This document shows, piece by piece, positions 8,589 through 16,220 of a DNA stretch of 64,000 nt. The position numbers and the translations under genes were made by a program. Position 1 is the first letter of the stretch. The number at the start of each line of letters is the position of its first letter. The DNA comes from Minisyncoccota bacterium (lineage in GTDB: Bacteria > Patescibacteriota > Minisyncoccia > Phycocordibacterales > CAJQIN01): positions 32,890 to 96,889 of the forward strand of contig CAJQIN010000012.1 of the NCBI GenBank assembly GCA_905478465.1, read 5' to 3'. The notes under the pieces are model-generated. The model saw only the letters and a list, made by a program, of their open reading frames with translations, ran no database searches and was not told the origin of the DNA.

Positions 8589-10349
8589 TCAAGAAAGAAG
8601 TTGTTCTAGCGTTTTAATTTCTTGACTAATAACAGAAAGTCCTTTTGTATATGTTTCTTTTTTCTCAGTATCAATACCCATACGCTTGAATATCTCTCGC
8701 GGAGACACACTTCCTCCACTTGAAAGAAAATTTATGATATCTTTTTTAATACTTGGATTTTCTACATACTTTGCATACAAAGCATTGCTTACGATACAAC
8801 CGTACGCATATGTGTACACATAGAAAAATCTACGAAAATGACTCCAGTACACGAACAGGTTTCCAACTACATCAGGTACTAGAACATCTGAACCAAGGTA
8901 TGCTCGTAAGTGCTTTATTAACATTGCCCCAATTTTTTCTTTAGATTGGAAACCTTCCTTTCGGATCATGTTGTGTAGCTCAAGTTCAAAATTAAATGCC
9001 GACACCTGCCTATAAATAGTACTGACCTCATCACTAATTCGATCATGGAAAAGGACAATTTTTTCTTTCTTTGTTAGACCTTTCGCCACCTCATTCATAA
9101 CCACCTTTTCAAAAAAAGTACTGGCAACTTCTGCTATAGAAATAGGATAATCCTGATATAGCACATCTTGTTTTTTACTTAATTCACTATGAAAAGCATG
9201 CCCCATTTCATGAGCAAATGTACGCAAGGACCGAAAGTCATTAGTATGATTCAAAAATACATATGTAGGCACATTAACAGCACCTGCACAAAAAGCCCCT
9301 CCCATCTTTCCTTTCTTAGGGAAAGCACTTATTTGTCCGCTTTCAAGCATGCGATTAAAAATATCTTCAAATACTGGATCAAAGTTCCTAAAAGCTTTTC
9401 GAAGAATTTTAACACTTTCTTCAAAAGTAAACTTTGTAGATATTTTTCCTATCGACACGTCTTTGTCAGCATACTCCATATCTTTCAATCCTAAAGCTTT
9501 CTTTTTTAGAGTGTAAAACTTTTTTGATGTTTTGTAGTCACCAGATACAGCCTGAGTAACTGCTTCAAGTTCAGCGCCAGTGTTCTCAAAGGAAAGTACA
9601 GTAGATGAGTACGGCTTTTTGAAGCCACGAAGTTCATCTGTAATCTTCTTATCTATAATGACAGCATTAAGCTCACTTTCAGCAAAATCAGACCCTTTTT
9701 CAAAAACCGCATACACTTTTTTAAACAATTCTCTACGTTTTTTTGTACTCAAGTTGCTAATACTTGAAACTGCTTCGTCTAAAGGAACAAGTGTTCCGTT
9801 TAATTCAATCTCTTGTTTAGCCAGAAATTTTTGTACCCCCTCAGTCCATAAATCATAACTTGTTTGTTTTTTTAAGCTTAAAATATTTTCCTCATCCTCA
9901 GATAGCATATGTTCACTTTGATCAAATATCTGCTTCAAAAAATAGGAATATTTTTTTATAGACGTAGCCTGCAGTAGACTTTTTTGTGTTTTTTTATCCA
10001 GAGCACCTAATCTTAATTGTACAAAACTAAGATTATTCAAGGCCTTAGTGATCCTCTCGTCTATTTGGTACATTCGCTGTTGAACTTTTTCATCAAAAGA
10101 GTTTAGTTGGAAATTCAAACTTATATAGTAAGCAGTTTTAACAAGTCCAGGATGTTCAAAGAATTTTTTATACTTCTCAAGAATAACCAGAAGTGTACCT
10201 GGTTTTTTGAAATCTGCCTTTTTTGAATAGTAGTTAGTACGAAATTTTTCAATAGCTTGTTCTGCACTACGTATATCTTTTTCTATTAAGGGGTCTGTAG
10301 GAGAAAGATAAAGTTGTTTTAAATTCCATTCTGCTTGTATTTTTTTCAT
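8589..10349 (-). CDS. pepF: Oligoendopeptidase F, M3B family metallopeptidase
   Basis: HEXXH zinc motif (FAHEMGHAFHSELS). I placed the start at the internal Met (MKKIQAEWNLKQLY), which removes the overlap with the ogt gene. The ORF track extends it to 10415. Confidence 0.8.
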   Translation of the reverse strand: MKKIQAEWNLKQLYLSPTDPLIEKDIRSAEQAIEKFRTNYYSKKADFKKPGTLLVILEKYKKFFEHPGLVKTAYYISLNFQLNSFDEKVQQRMYQIDERITKALNNLSFVQLRLGALDKKTQKSLLQATSIKKYSYFLKQIFDQSEHMLSEDEENILSLKKQTSYDLWTEGVQKFLAKQEIELNGTLVPLDEAVSSISNLSTKKRRELFKKVYAVFEKGSDFAESELNAVIIDKKITDELRGFKKPYSSTVLSFENTGAELEAVTQAVSGDYKTSKKFYTLKKKALGLKDMEYADKDVSIGKISTKFTFEESVKILRKAFRNFDPVFEDIFNRMLESGQISAFPKKGKMGGAFCAGAVNVPTYVFLNHTNDFRSLRTFAHEMGHAFHSELSKKQDVLYQDYPISIAEVASTFFEKVVMNEVAKGLTKKEKIVLFHDRISDEVSTIYRQVSAFNFELELHNMIRKEGFQSKEKIGAMLIKHLRAYLGSDVLVPDVVGNLFVYWSHFRRFFYVYTYAYGCIVSNALYAKYVENPSIKKDIINFLSSGGSVSPREIFKRMGIDTEKKETYTKGLSVISQEIKTLEQLLS

Positions 10350-10359
10350 ATATTTTATA

Positions 10360-10602
10360 TTATTTTTCCGCTTCAAGTATTTTTTTCTTTTTTTCAAACC
10401 CACGATTATAGCCACCCGTTTTTCCGTCAGAACGAACTACTCTGTGGCACGGTATACCTTGATCGTAATTTGTATGCAAGATATTTCCCACAGCACGATA
10501 TGCCATTGGGCTTCCAGCTTTCTGAGCAACTTCTTTGTATGTTAAGGTTACTCCTGAAGGAATTTTCTTCACCACAGCGAAAACTTTTTCTTTAAAAATC
10601 AT
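10360..10602 (-). CDS. ogt: Methylated-DNA--protein-cysteine methyltransferase, single-domain (about 81 aa)
   Basis: PCHRVV active-site motif plus an HTH region (TYKEVAQKAGSPMAYRAVGNILHTNYDQGIPCHRVVRSDG). I chose the start at MIFKEKVF, where the ATG is at 10600-10602 on the minus strand. Confidence 0.8.
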   Translation of the reverse strand: MIFKEKVFAVVKKIPSGVTLTYKEVAQKAGSPMAYRAVGNILHTNYDQGIPCHRVVRSDGKTGGYNRGFEKKKKILEAEK

Positions 10603-10662
10603 ACATAAAATTATAACAAAAAAACTAGTGGAATATATTTGAAACATTCCACTAGGTACTCA

Positions 10663-10833
10663 TTACTTATTTGCATTTTCCTTTCCCTTCTTTGTGTTGT
10701 AAAATTTTTTCTGTGCACTGCGAACTTCCTTGAGATACGTACTATATTCGCAGGGATTCTTTTTTGCCTGTGCTGCCACAGCAGCATAGACATCGAGAGT
10801 ATCATCCCGACCATCAATACATAAAAGTGTCAT
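10663..10833 (-). CDS. Small hypothetical protein (56 aa) with a strong Shine-Dalgarno sequence
   Basis: AAGGAGGTG lies 7 nt upstream of the ATG (MTLLCIDGRDDTLDVYAAVAAQAKKNPCEYSTYLKEVRSAQKKFYNTKKGKENANK). No family recognised. Confidence 0.45.
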   Translation of the reverse strand: MTLLCIDGRDDTLDVYAAVAAQAKKNPCEYSTYLKEVRSAQKKFYNTKKGKENANK

Positions 10834-10938
10834 AATACACCTCCTTGGTATTCGGACCCTCTTTAAAGCTAAAAAATACAAGAAACACTCTTATATCTTT
10901 ATTTTCTAATTATATTATACACCCTAAAGAACAAAATG

Positions 10939-11790
10939 TCAAGCATCTGAATGAACACAAATTAGTTTCACCTCCTCCAGTACCTTGGTCTTTTTTTGTA
11001 CAGATAGACCCAAAACATCCAGAACTTCTGGATTATTCTTAACATGTTTTAATAACACCACCCCTCTCTCTAAGAGCAAATTCTTTTCCGCTTTTGAAAG
11101 TGTTGTTAATGTAGTTAAAGGATGCAAATCTGCTTCAGTAATAAAATCATGTAAGTTACCCTTCTTTGGATAATCCCAACCAATAATTTGTAATTGCTGA
11201 CAGGCAGCATACTGTTTCGCACTCTGTGTGAACTTGGTATTAGTAATAAGCCATCCATCTGTCATTTTTCTTTCTTGTTTGTCTATAACAATAGCGACAT
11301 CTCTCAAATCATCGAAACGAGATTTTATATACAAAGCAACTTTAGTATCTGTTTTTGTTCCATGATTATTATGAAATTTTGCTTCTATAAGGTGCACTTC
11401 AGCATCATTATATGCCAAGACATCTATCTCATGACTAATACAATGTCCTTGGATAACACGCCCTATCTGAACCTTATAACCTTTCTGAATAAAAATCTCA
11501 CCAATAAACTTTTCAAAAGGAAAACCTGAAGGACCCAAATCCATCACGGCACGACGAAGAGAATATAATCCAGCAACAGGTTTAGTATTTCCTTTTTTAA
11601 GAAGAGTAAAAGCTTGCTGGTATATCCGCCTTGTCGTCATCCCATCTTGTAATCCTTTTTCTATCTCAGTAAGAATGGATTTTATAAGCAAAGGTTGTGC
11701 ACCGGCACGACGAAGAGATCTGATAAGTTTTGAAGAATCAAAAGGTTCTTTTTGACCATTCGCTTTTGTAATAATAATTTGTTGACTCAT
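10939..11790 (-). CDS. ATP-cone domain fused to a Mrr-like restriction endonuclease (PD-(D/E)xK) domain
   Basis: N-terminal ATP-cone (IIITKANGQKEPFDSSKLIRSLRRAG ... AGLYSLRRA), as in NrdR and RNR regulatory domains. The C-terminal half carries a D...E.K nuclease signature (HEIDVLAY ... VHLIEAKF). Confidence 0.65.
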   Translation of the reverse strand: MSQQIIITKANGQKEPFDSSKLIRSLRRAGAQPLLIKSILTEIEKGLQDGMTTRRIYQQAFTLLKKGNTKPVAGLYSLRRAVMDLGPSGFPFEKFIGEIFIQKGYKVQIGRVIQGHCISHEIDVLAYNDAEVHLIEAKFHNNHGTKTDTKVALYIKSRFDDLRDVAIVIDKQERKMTDGWLITNTKFTQSAKQYAACQQLQIIGWDYPKKGNLHDFITEADLHPLTTLTTLSKAEKNLLLERGVVLLKHVKNNPEVLDVLGLSVQKKTKVLEEVKLICVHSDA

Positions 11791-11805
11791 ATAAATATTA
11801 GTATA

Positions 11806-12882
11806 TCACTCTATAATACCACCTCCCAAACAAACATCACCACTATAGACCACTAGAGACTGTCCTCGCACAGGAATATCACAAGATTTGCTAAATTTAA
11901 CACTCCACACATCATCCTTGCATAACAAATTTGCTTTAGATACTTTCTGTCTATAACGCATTTGTATACCATATTCTTTCTGAGACACCGGTTTCTCCCC
12001 TACCCAATTCACTTCACGAAGTGTGTGTGAGTTAAGGGTAGATGTTTTTGCCGGTTTCCTAGAAACCATTAATGTATTTTTTACGACATCTTTTGAAATG
12101 ATGTAATAAGGCTCATCATTAACTTTTTTTTCTGTAATAGTAAAATTATGACGTTGTCCGATTGTATACGAGACAGCCCCGTTGTGTTTACCTACGGGCT
12201 CTCCAGATTCATTTAATACCACACCTGCACTAGGATGCAGATAGTGTTTTAAAAATTCTTCCATATTAATATCTTCAAGAAAACATACACCCTGACTATC
12301 TTTTTTTAGAGCTGTTACAAGATTATATTTCTTAGCCAATTTTCGTACTCTTTTTTTCTCCAAAGAACCCAAAGGAAAAAGTGTCTTGGCAAGGTGTTTC
12401 TGCGTCAATGTCCATAAAAAATAACTCTGATCCTTGTTTGTATCTTTTCCGCGCAACAATTCATACTTAGTATTTTTTTTGGCACGTACCTGAGCATAAT
12501 GTCCTGTCGCTATGTAATTTGCACCATCTTCTATTGCCCAATCAAAAAAACCACCGAACTTTATATACTTGTTACACATAATATCAGGATTGGGAGTTTC
12601 TCCTTTTTGGTATTCAGCTAGTAGATAATCTACTACTTCTTTTTTGTACTCCTTAGACAAATCCAGTGTCTTAAAAGGAATATGAAGCTGTGCACATATT
12701 CTCATTGCATCCCTTCTACTCTCCTTCCAAGAACACCTAACCCATTCTGGATACCAACCTTTTATATAGACACCCACAACTTCAAAACCTTGAGACTGCA
12801 GTAATGCTGCGGTTACCGAACTATCAACTCCTCCAGAGAGCCCTACGTACACCTTTTTTCTTTTTTTATATTTCCAAAACAT
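11806..12882 (-). CDS. mnmA: tRNA-specific 2-thiouridylase
   Basis: PP-loop motif (VYVGLSGGVDSSV) plus the conserved MnmA catalytic region (GETPNPDIMCNKYIKFG ... YIATGHYA). Confidence 0.88.
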   Translation of the reverse strand: MFWKYKKRKKVYVGLSGGVDSSVTAALLQSQGFEVVGVYIKGWYPEWVRCSWKESRRDAMRICAQLHIPFKTLDLSKEYKKEVVDYLLAEYQKGETPNPDIMCNKYIKFGGFFDWAIEDGANYIATGHYAQVRAKKNTKYELLRGKDTNKDQSYFLWTLTQKHLAKTLFPLGSLEKKRVRKLAKKYNLVTALKKDSQGVCFLEDINMEEFLKHYLHPSAGVVLNESGEPVGKHNGAVSYTIGQRHNFTITEKKVNDEPYYIISKDVVKNTLMVSRKPAKTSTLNSHTLREVNWVGEKPVSQKEYGIQMRYRQKVSKANLLCKDDVWSVKFSKSCDIPVRGQSLVVYSGDVCLGGGIIE

Positions 12883-13857
12883 TTACCAAATATATAAAGC
12901 TTTCTTTTCTTTGTGTTCTGCAAAAGTTTGTGAATAATGCACAAAACCATCAGAATCAGCAAGGAAAAACAAATATGGAGATTCTTTTGGGTGTAATGTA
13001 GCTAAAATTGCATCTAAACTTGGATTAGAAATGGGCGTAGGAGGCAATCCTTTGTGTACATACGTATTATATGGAGAATCATTTTTTAAATCTTCTAAAG
13101 TTAAATCTGCGGTAGTTTTGCCATTCAAGTATCGAAAAGTAACATCAACCTGAAGCGGCATTCCGATTTTAAGACGTTTCCATAAAATACCTGCAACATA
13201 CTGCCGATCTTCTGTACTTGAAGCTTCAGCCTCAACAATAGAGGCCAGTATTATAATATCTTCTATGGATTTTTCAGATTTCTGAACATCCTCCTGAAGA
13301 GAATTTATTTTTTTATAAAAAGTATCTTCTAAAATCTGCGCGACGACATCTGCAGTACTCGAGGGTAAAAAGTAATACGTATCAGGAAATAAGTAACCTT
13401 CTTTATCCTGTGTAATTTCTAAAAAAACATCTACATCAAAATTCGGCAAATTTTCTGCAAGAATTTCTGCAACATCTACACGACTTAACCCTTCAGGAAT
13501 AGTAACTCTTACAGACACCTGACCAAGATCTCCCCTCAGAAGTCTCACTGCCACATCGTAGACACTTTCAGGAGTATCAAAATAATATGTTCCAGCCTGT
13601 ATCCCACTCTCTCCACGAAGTAAGATTATTATTTTTGATAATATAAATGCTGAACGAATAATACCCTTCTCCTTCAGAAGAATAGCTGTTGTCTGTGCCG
13701 TTTTACCGTTCTCAATAGAAACGAGAGTATTATCTGGAAAATTAACAGGTGCTGAAATACAAAGACTGTATAACATACCAAGAATAATCAATATGCTAGC
13801 AATATAAGCTAATATATGATGAAAATATGTGCGTAAAAAAGATTCTGTATTAGACAT
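12883..13857 (-). CDS. mltG: Endolytic murein transglycosylase, YceG/MltG family
   Basis: N-terminal transmembrane helix and YceG signatures (GYLFPDTYYF, PTPISNPSLDAI). Confidence 0.8.
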   Translation of the reverse strand: MSNTESFLRTYFHHILAYIASILIILGMLYSLCISAPVNFPDNTLVSIENGKTAQTTAILLKEKGIIRSAFILSKIIILLRGESGIQAGTYYFDTPESVYDVAVRLLRGDLGQVSVRVTIPEGLSRVDVAEILAENLPNFDVDVFLEITQDKEGYLFPDTYYFLPSSTADVVAQILEDTFYKKINSLQEDVQKSEKSIEDIIILASIVEAEASSTEDRQYVAGILWKRLKIGMPLQVDVTFRYLNGKTTADLTLEDLKNDSPYNTYVHKGLPPTPISNPSLDAILATLHPKESPYLFFLADSDGFVHYSQTFAEHKEKKALYIW

Positions 13858-15053
13858 TATATAGGAAGATTTGCTGGTGGTTCTGCTTTTTTAGAAGGAA
13901 TACGAACAAAAGTAGGTGTCTGTACAGCAATACCACTGACCGGACGAAAAATTGTAGCTAACTCTTCTGTAGTTAAAATAAAAGGTTTTTGTTGAAAGTA
14001 CTTATATGGCTCTTGATGAAAAGAACGAAGTTTGTATGCCTCCAAATACTGACGTTCTATGGCATTTCGGCGCATACGTCTGAAATCTTGCCAAGGATAG
14101 TCAAAATCTGTAAAATTACCTAACTTAAAACCATTAAGGGTATTAGAGCCGTATTGTCTAAATGTTCCTATCAGACCAGGAATATTGTCAGCGTTAAAGG
14201 CATCTCCTTCAGCAATATAAGCACCTCGGATAGCAGTATCAAAAGCCGGTTTTGATAGACTTCTCTCGAGCGCTACAATAGCATCTTGTTCTCCTTTTGT
14301 TTGAGGACGCGGGAACTTACCCTCACCTGGACTAAATTCTTCTAAGATATTTTTTATTTCAGTTTTCACGCCTAGTTTCCAATCATCTTTTTTAAACAAA
14401 CGACCCTCTTTCAACCACTCATCTCTGTTGGCCTGAATTAGAATCTGTATCCAACACTGCTCACCTTTTTTCAAGGAACCCAGATACTCAAGCACAGCAG
14501 TCATGGGATCAATCTTACTCTCCTCTTCTTGATCCTTATCAAGCCCATAATCAATATATGTTTTTATAGGATATGCATCAGCTTTTGCAAGCCTAAAATT
14601 TGTTATCCACATTCCCCATTTTGAACTATTAGACACATGAGGTGTATAGTCTTCAACTTCATACAATTCAATATTGGGATATTGGGCATATAACTGATGT
14701 TCAATCATTCCTCTAAATTTTTGAAATGTCCAAATATAAAAATGAACTTCTCCACCAAGAGACACTAATTCTAGAGAAAACCAAGGGGGAACCTTTCCTG
14801 TAATGTATGTATCTATATAAGTAGCAGATCCTTTTTGATATAGAGCACTCAAAAAAATCTCCATAGCAAGTGGTGATTTGATTATTTCTTTTGGCATCTT
14901 TATTTCAAGTAAAACTTTCTTCTGTTTAGAGATAAAAGATTGACGAACATATCTCAACCACACAGGAAAAAAAGAAAATACCAATAAAACGGGAAGCCAC
15001 ACAAAAGATGTTTTATAAAGAAGCGCTAGAGCATCCAAAAATATATCAAACAT
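13857..15053 (-). CDS. Hypothetical membrane-anchored protein. It overlaps mltG by one base (ATGA).
   Basis: 398-aa ORF. N-terminal hydrophobic helices. No family recognised. Confidence 0.45.
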   Translation of the reverse strand: MFDIFLDALALLYKTSFVWLPVLLVFSFFPVWLRYVRQSFISKQKKVLLEIKMPKEIIKSPLAMEIFLSALYQKGSATYIDTYITGKVPPWFSLELVSLGGEVHFYIWTFQKFRGMIEHQLYAQYPNIELYEVEDYTPHVSNSSKWGMWITNFRLAKADAYPIKTYIDYGLDKDQEEESKIDPMTAVLEYLGSLKKGEQCWIQILIQANRDEWLKEGRLFKKDDWKLGVKTEIKNILEEFSPGEGKFPRPQTKGEQDAIVALERSLSKPAFDTAIRGAYIAEGDAFNADNIPGLIGTFRQYGSNTLNGFKLGNFTDFDYPWQDFRRMRRNAIERQYLEAYKLRSFHQEPYKYFQQKPFILTTEELATIFRPVSGIAVQTPTFVRIPSKKAEPPANLPI

Positions 15054-15117
15054 ACCTATATATTATAGCGCAATAAAAAACATCCTGCATAAATGCAGGA
15101 TGTTTTTCTGTGAAAAA

Positions 15118-16164
15118 CTATTTAGCAACAGAGTATTTTCCATCCTTATTTCGCTTGAAGTAATTCTGATTTTGAAGGTTAACAAAAATAGTATTCTCCT
15201 TAACATACCTCTCTTTTAGCACCTTATCCACAATTTCTTCTCGAGTAAGCGGTCCTTCTTTTTTAAGAATATTTTGAATAACATCTTTTACAACACCACT
15301 CATATATCCCCACTCACTAAGAGCATACAGTCCCCGACCAACCAAAACAAATCTTGGGTCTTTAATTAGTTCATTGTGTGTAGTAGCCTCGTGTGCTTTT
15401 TTGTTAAAAATTTCAGAAATTGACTTAGCTACTTCTCTAAAATGAATTGGGGATCCGTGTCTTCTTATAACAAGAAATGCGTAATCTCTAATACCCTTAG
15501 CGTTAATATTTGGAGAATCAGATCTTCCCCATTCATTTAAAGGATTCTTATCTATTTTCTTTGATAGACTAAGCCACCTCTTGATAACTTCTTCATTTTT
15601 ATATTTCTCAGAAATATCCTTAATGTGTTCCAAAAAATCATTAATCATTTCTGATTCTGAGACAATATCATCATCACTTAAACCTGAGTATAACTTTTCA
15701 AGAGTGCTGTGAATAGTTTTTGATATTCCCTCATCAACATTCCAACGGTGCTTATAACTATCATTCTCTTTCTCCATAGCAAACGGATTTCCAATTACTA
15801 GCAAAAAATGTAAATGATTTTTTGTACTTGCTTCATTTGTGATAGTCTCCAGTAAATCTTCTTCAGAAACAATAGCACCAATGTTCTCTATATGCTTCTT
15901 AAGCTCTTCGAAAATAATTTCTTCTTTTTCATATGCCCCAGACTTTCTAATAGTGTTAAGAGAGTGATTTTCAATTTGTCGCACACGCTCACGTGTAATA
16001 CCATATTTTTTACCAATAGACTCCAGAGTCAAGCGTTGTGTACTTGTTCCAAGCCCGTATCGTCCCGTAATAACATCCTTTGCTCGATCATTTAGTACAG
16101 AAAGAAGGCGTTTAGTTACTTGTTTGGGTTTGAAAGATATAGTTGCTATTGTTTTTTTTGCCAT
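15118..16164 (-). CDS. Protein with an N-terminal sigma-70 region-4 HTH and a C-terminal HARE-HTH-like domain
   Basis: The N-terminus (GRYGLGTSTQRLTLESIGKKYGITRERVRQIENHSL) matches sigma-70 region 4.2. The C-terminus (HFREVAKSISEIF ... DPRFVLVGRGLYALSEWGY) resembles the HARE-HTH of the RpoE delta subunit. Confidence 0.5.
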   Translation of the reverse strand: MAKKTIATISFKPKQVTKRLLSVLNDRAKDVITGRYGLGTSTQRLTLESIGKKYGITRERVRQIENHSLNTIRKSGAYEKEEIIFEELKKHIENIGAIVSEEDLLETITNEASTKNHLHFLLVIGNPFAMEKENDSYKHRWNVDEGISKTIHSTLEKLYSGLSDDDIVSESEMINDFLEHIKDISEKYKNEEVIKRWLSLSKKIDKNPLNEWGRSDSPNINAKGIRDYAFLVIRRHGSPIHFREVAKSISEIFNKKAHEATTHNELIKDPRFVLVGRGLYALSEWGYMSGVVKDVIQNILKKEGPLTREEIVDKVLKERYVKENTIFVNLQNQNYFKRNKDGKYSVAK

Positions 16165-16220
16165 ATGTATTAGTTATGTGGTTTAATTTTTATCACTATC
16201 GTAAGATAAAGTCAAGTATA

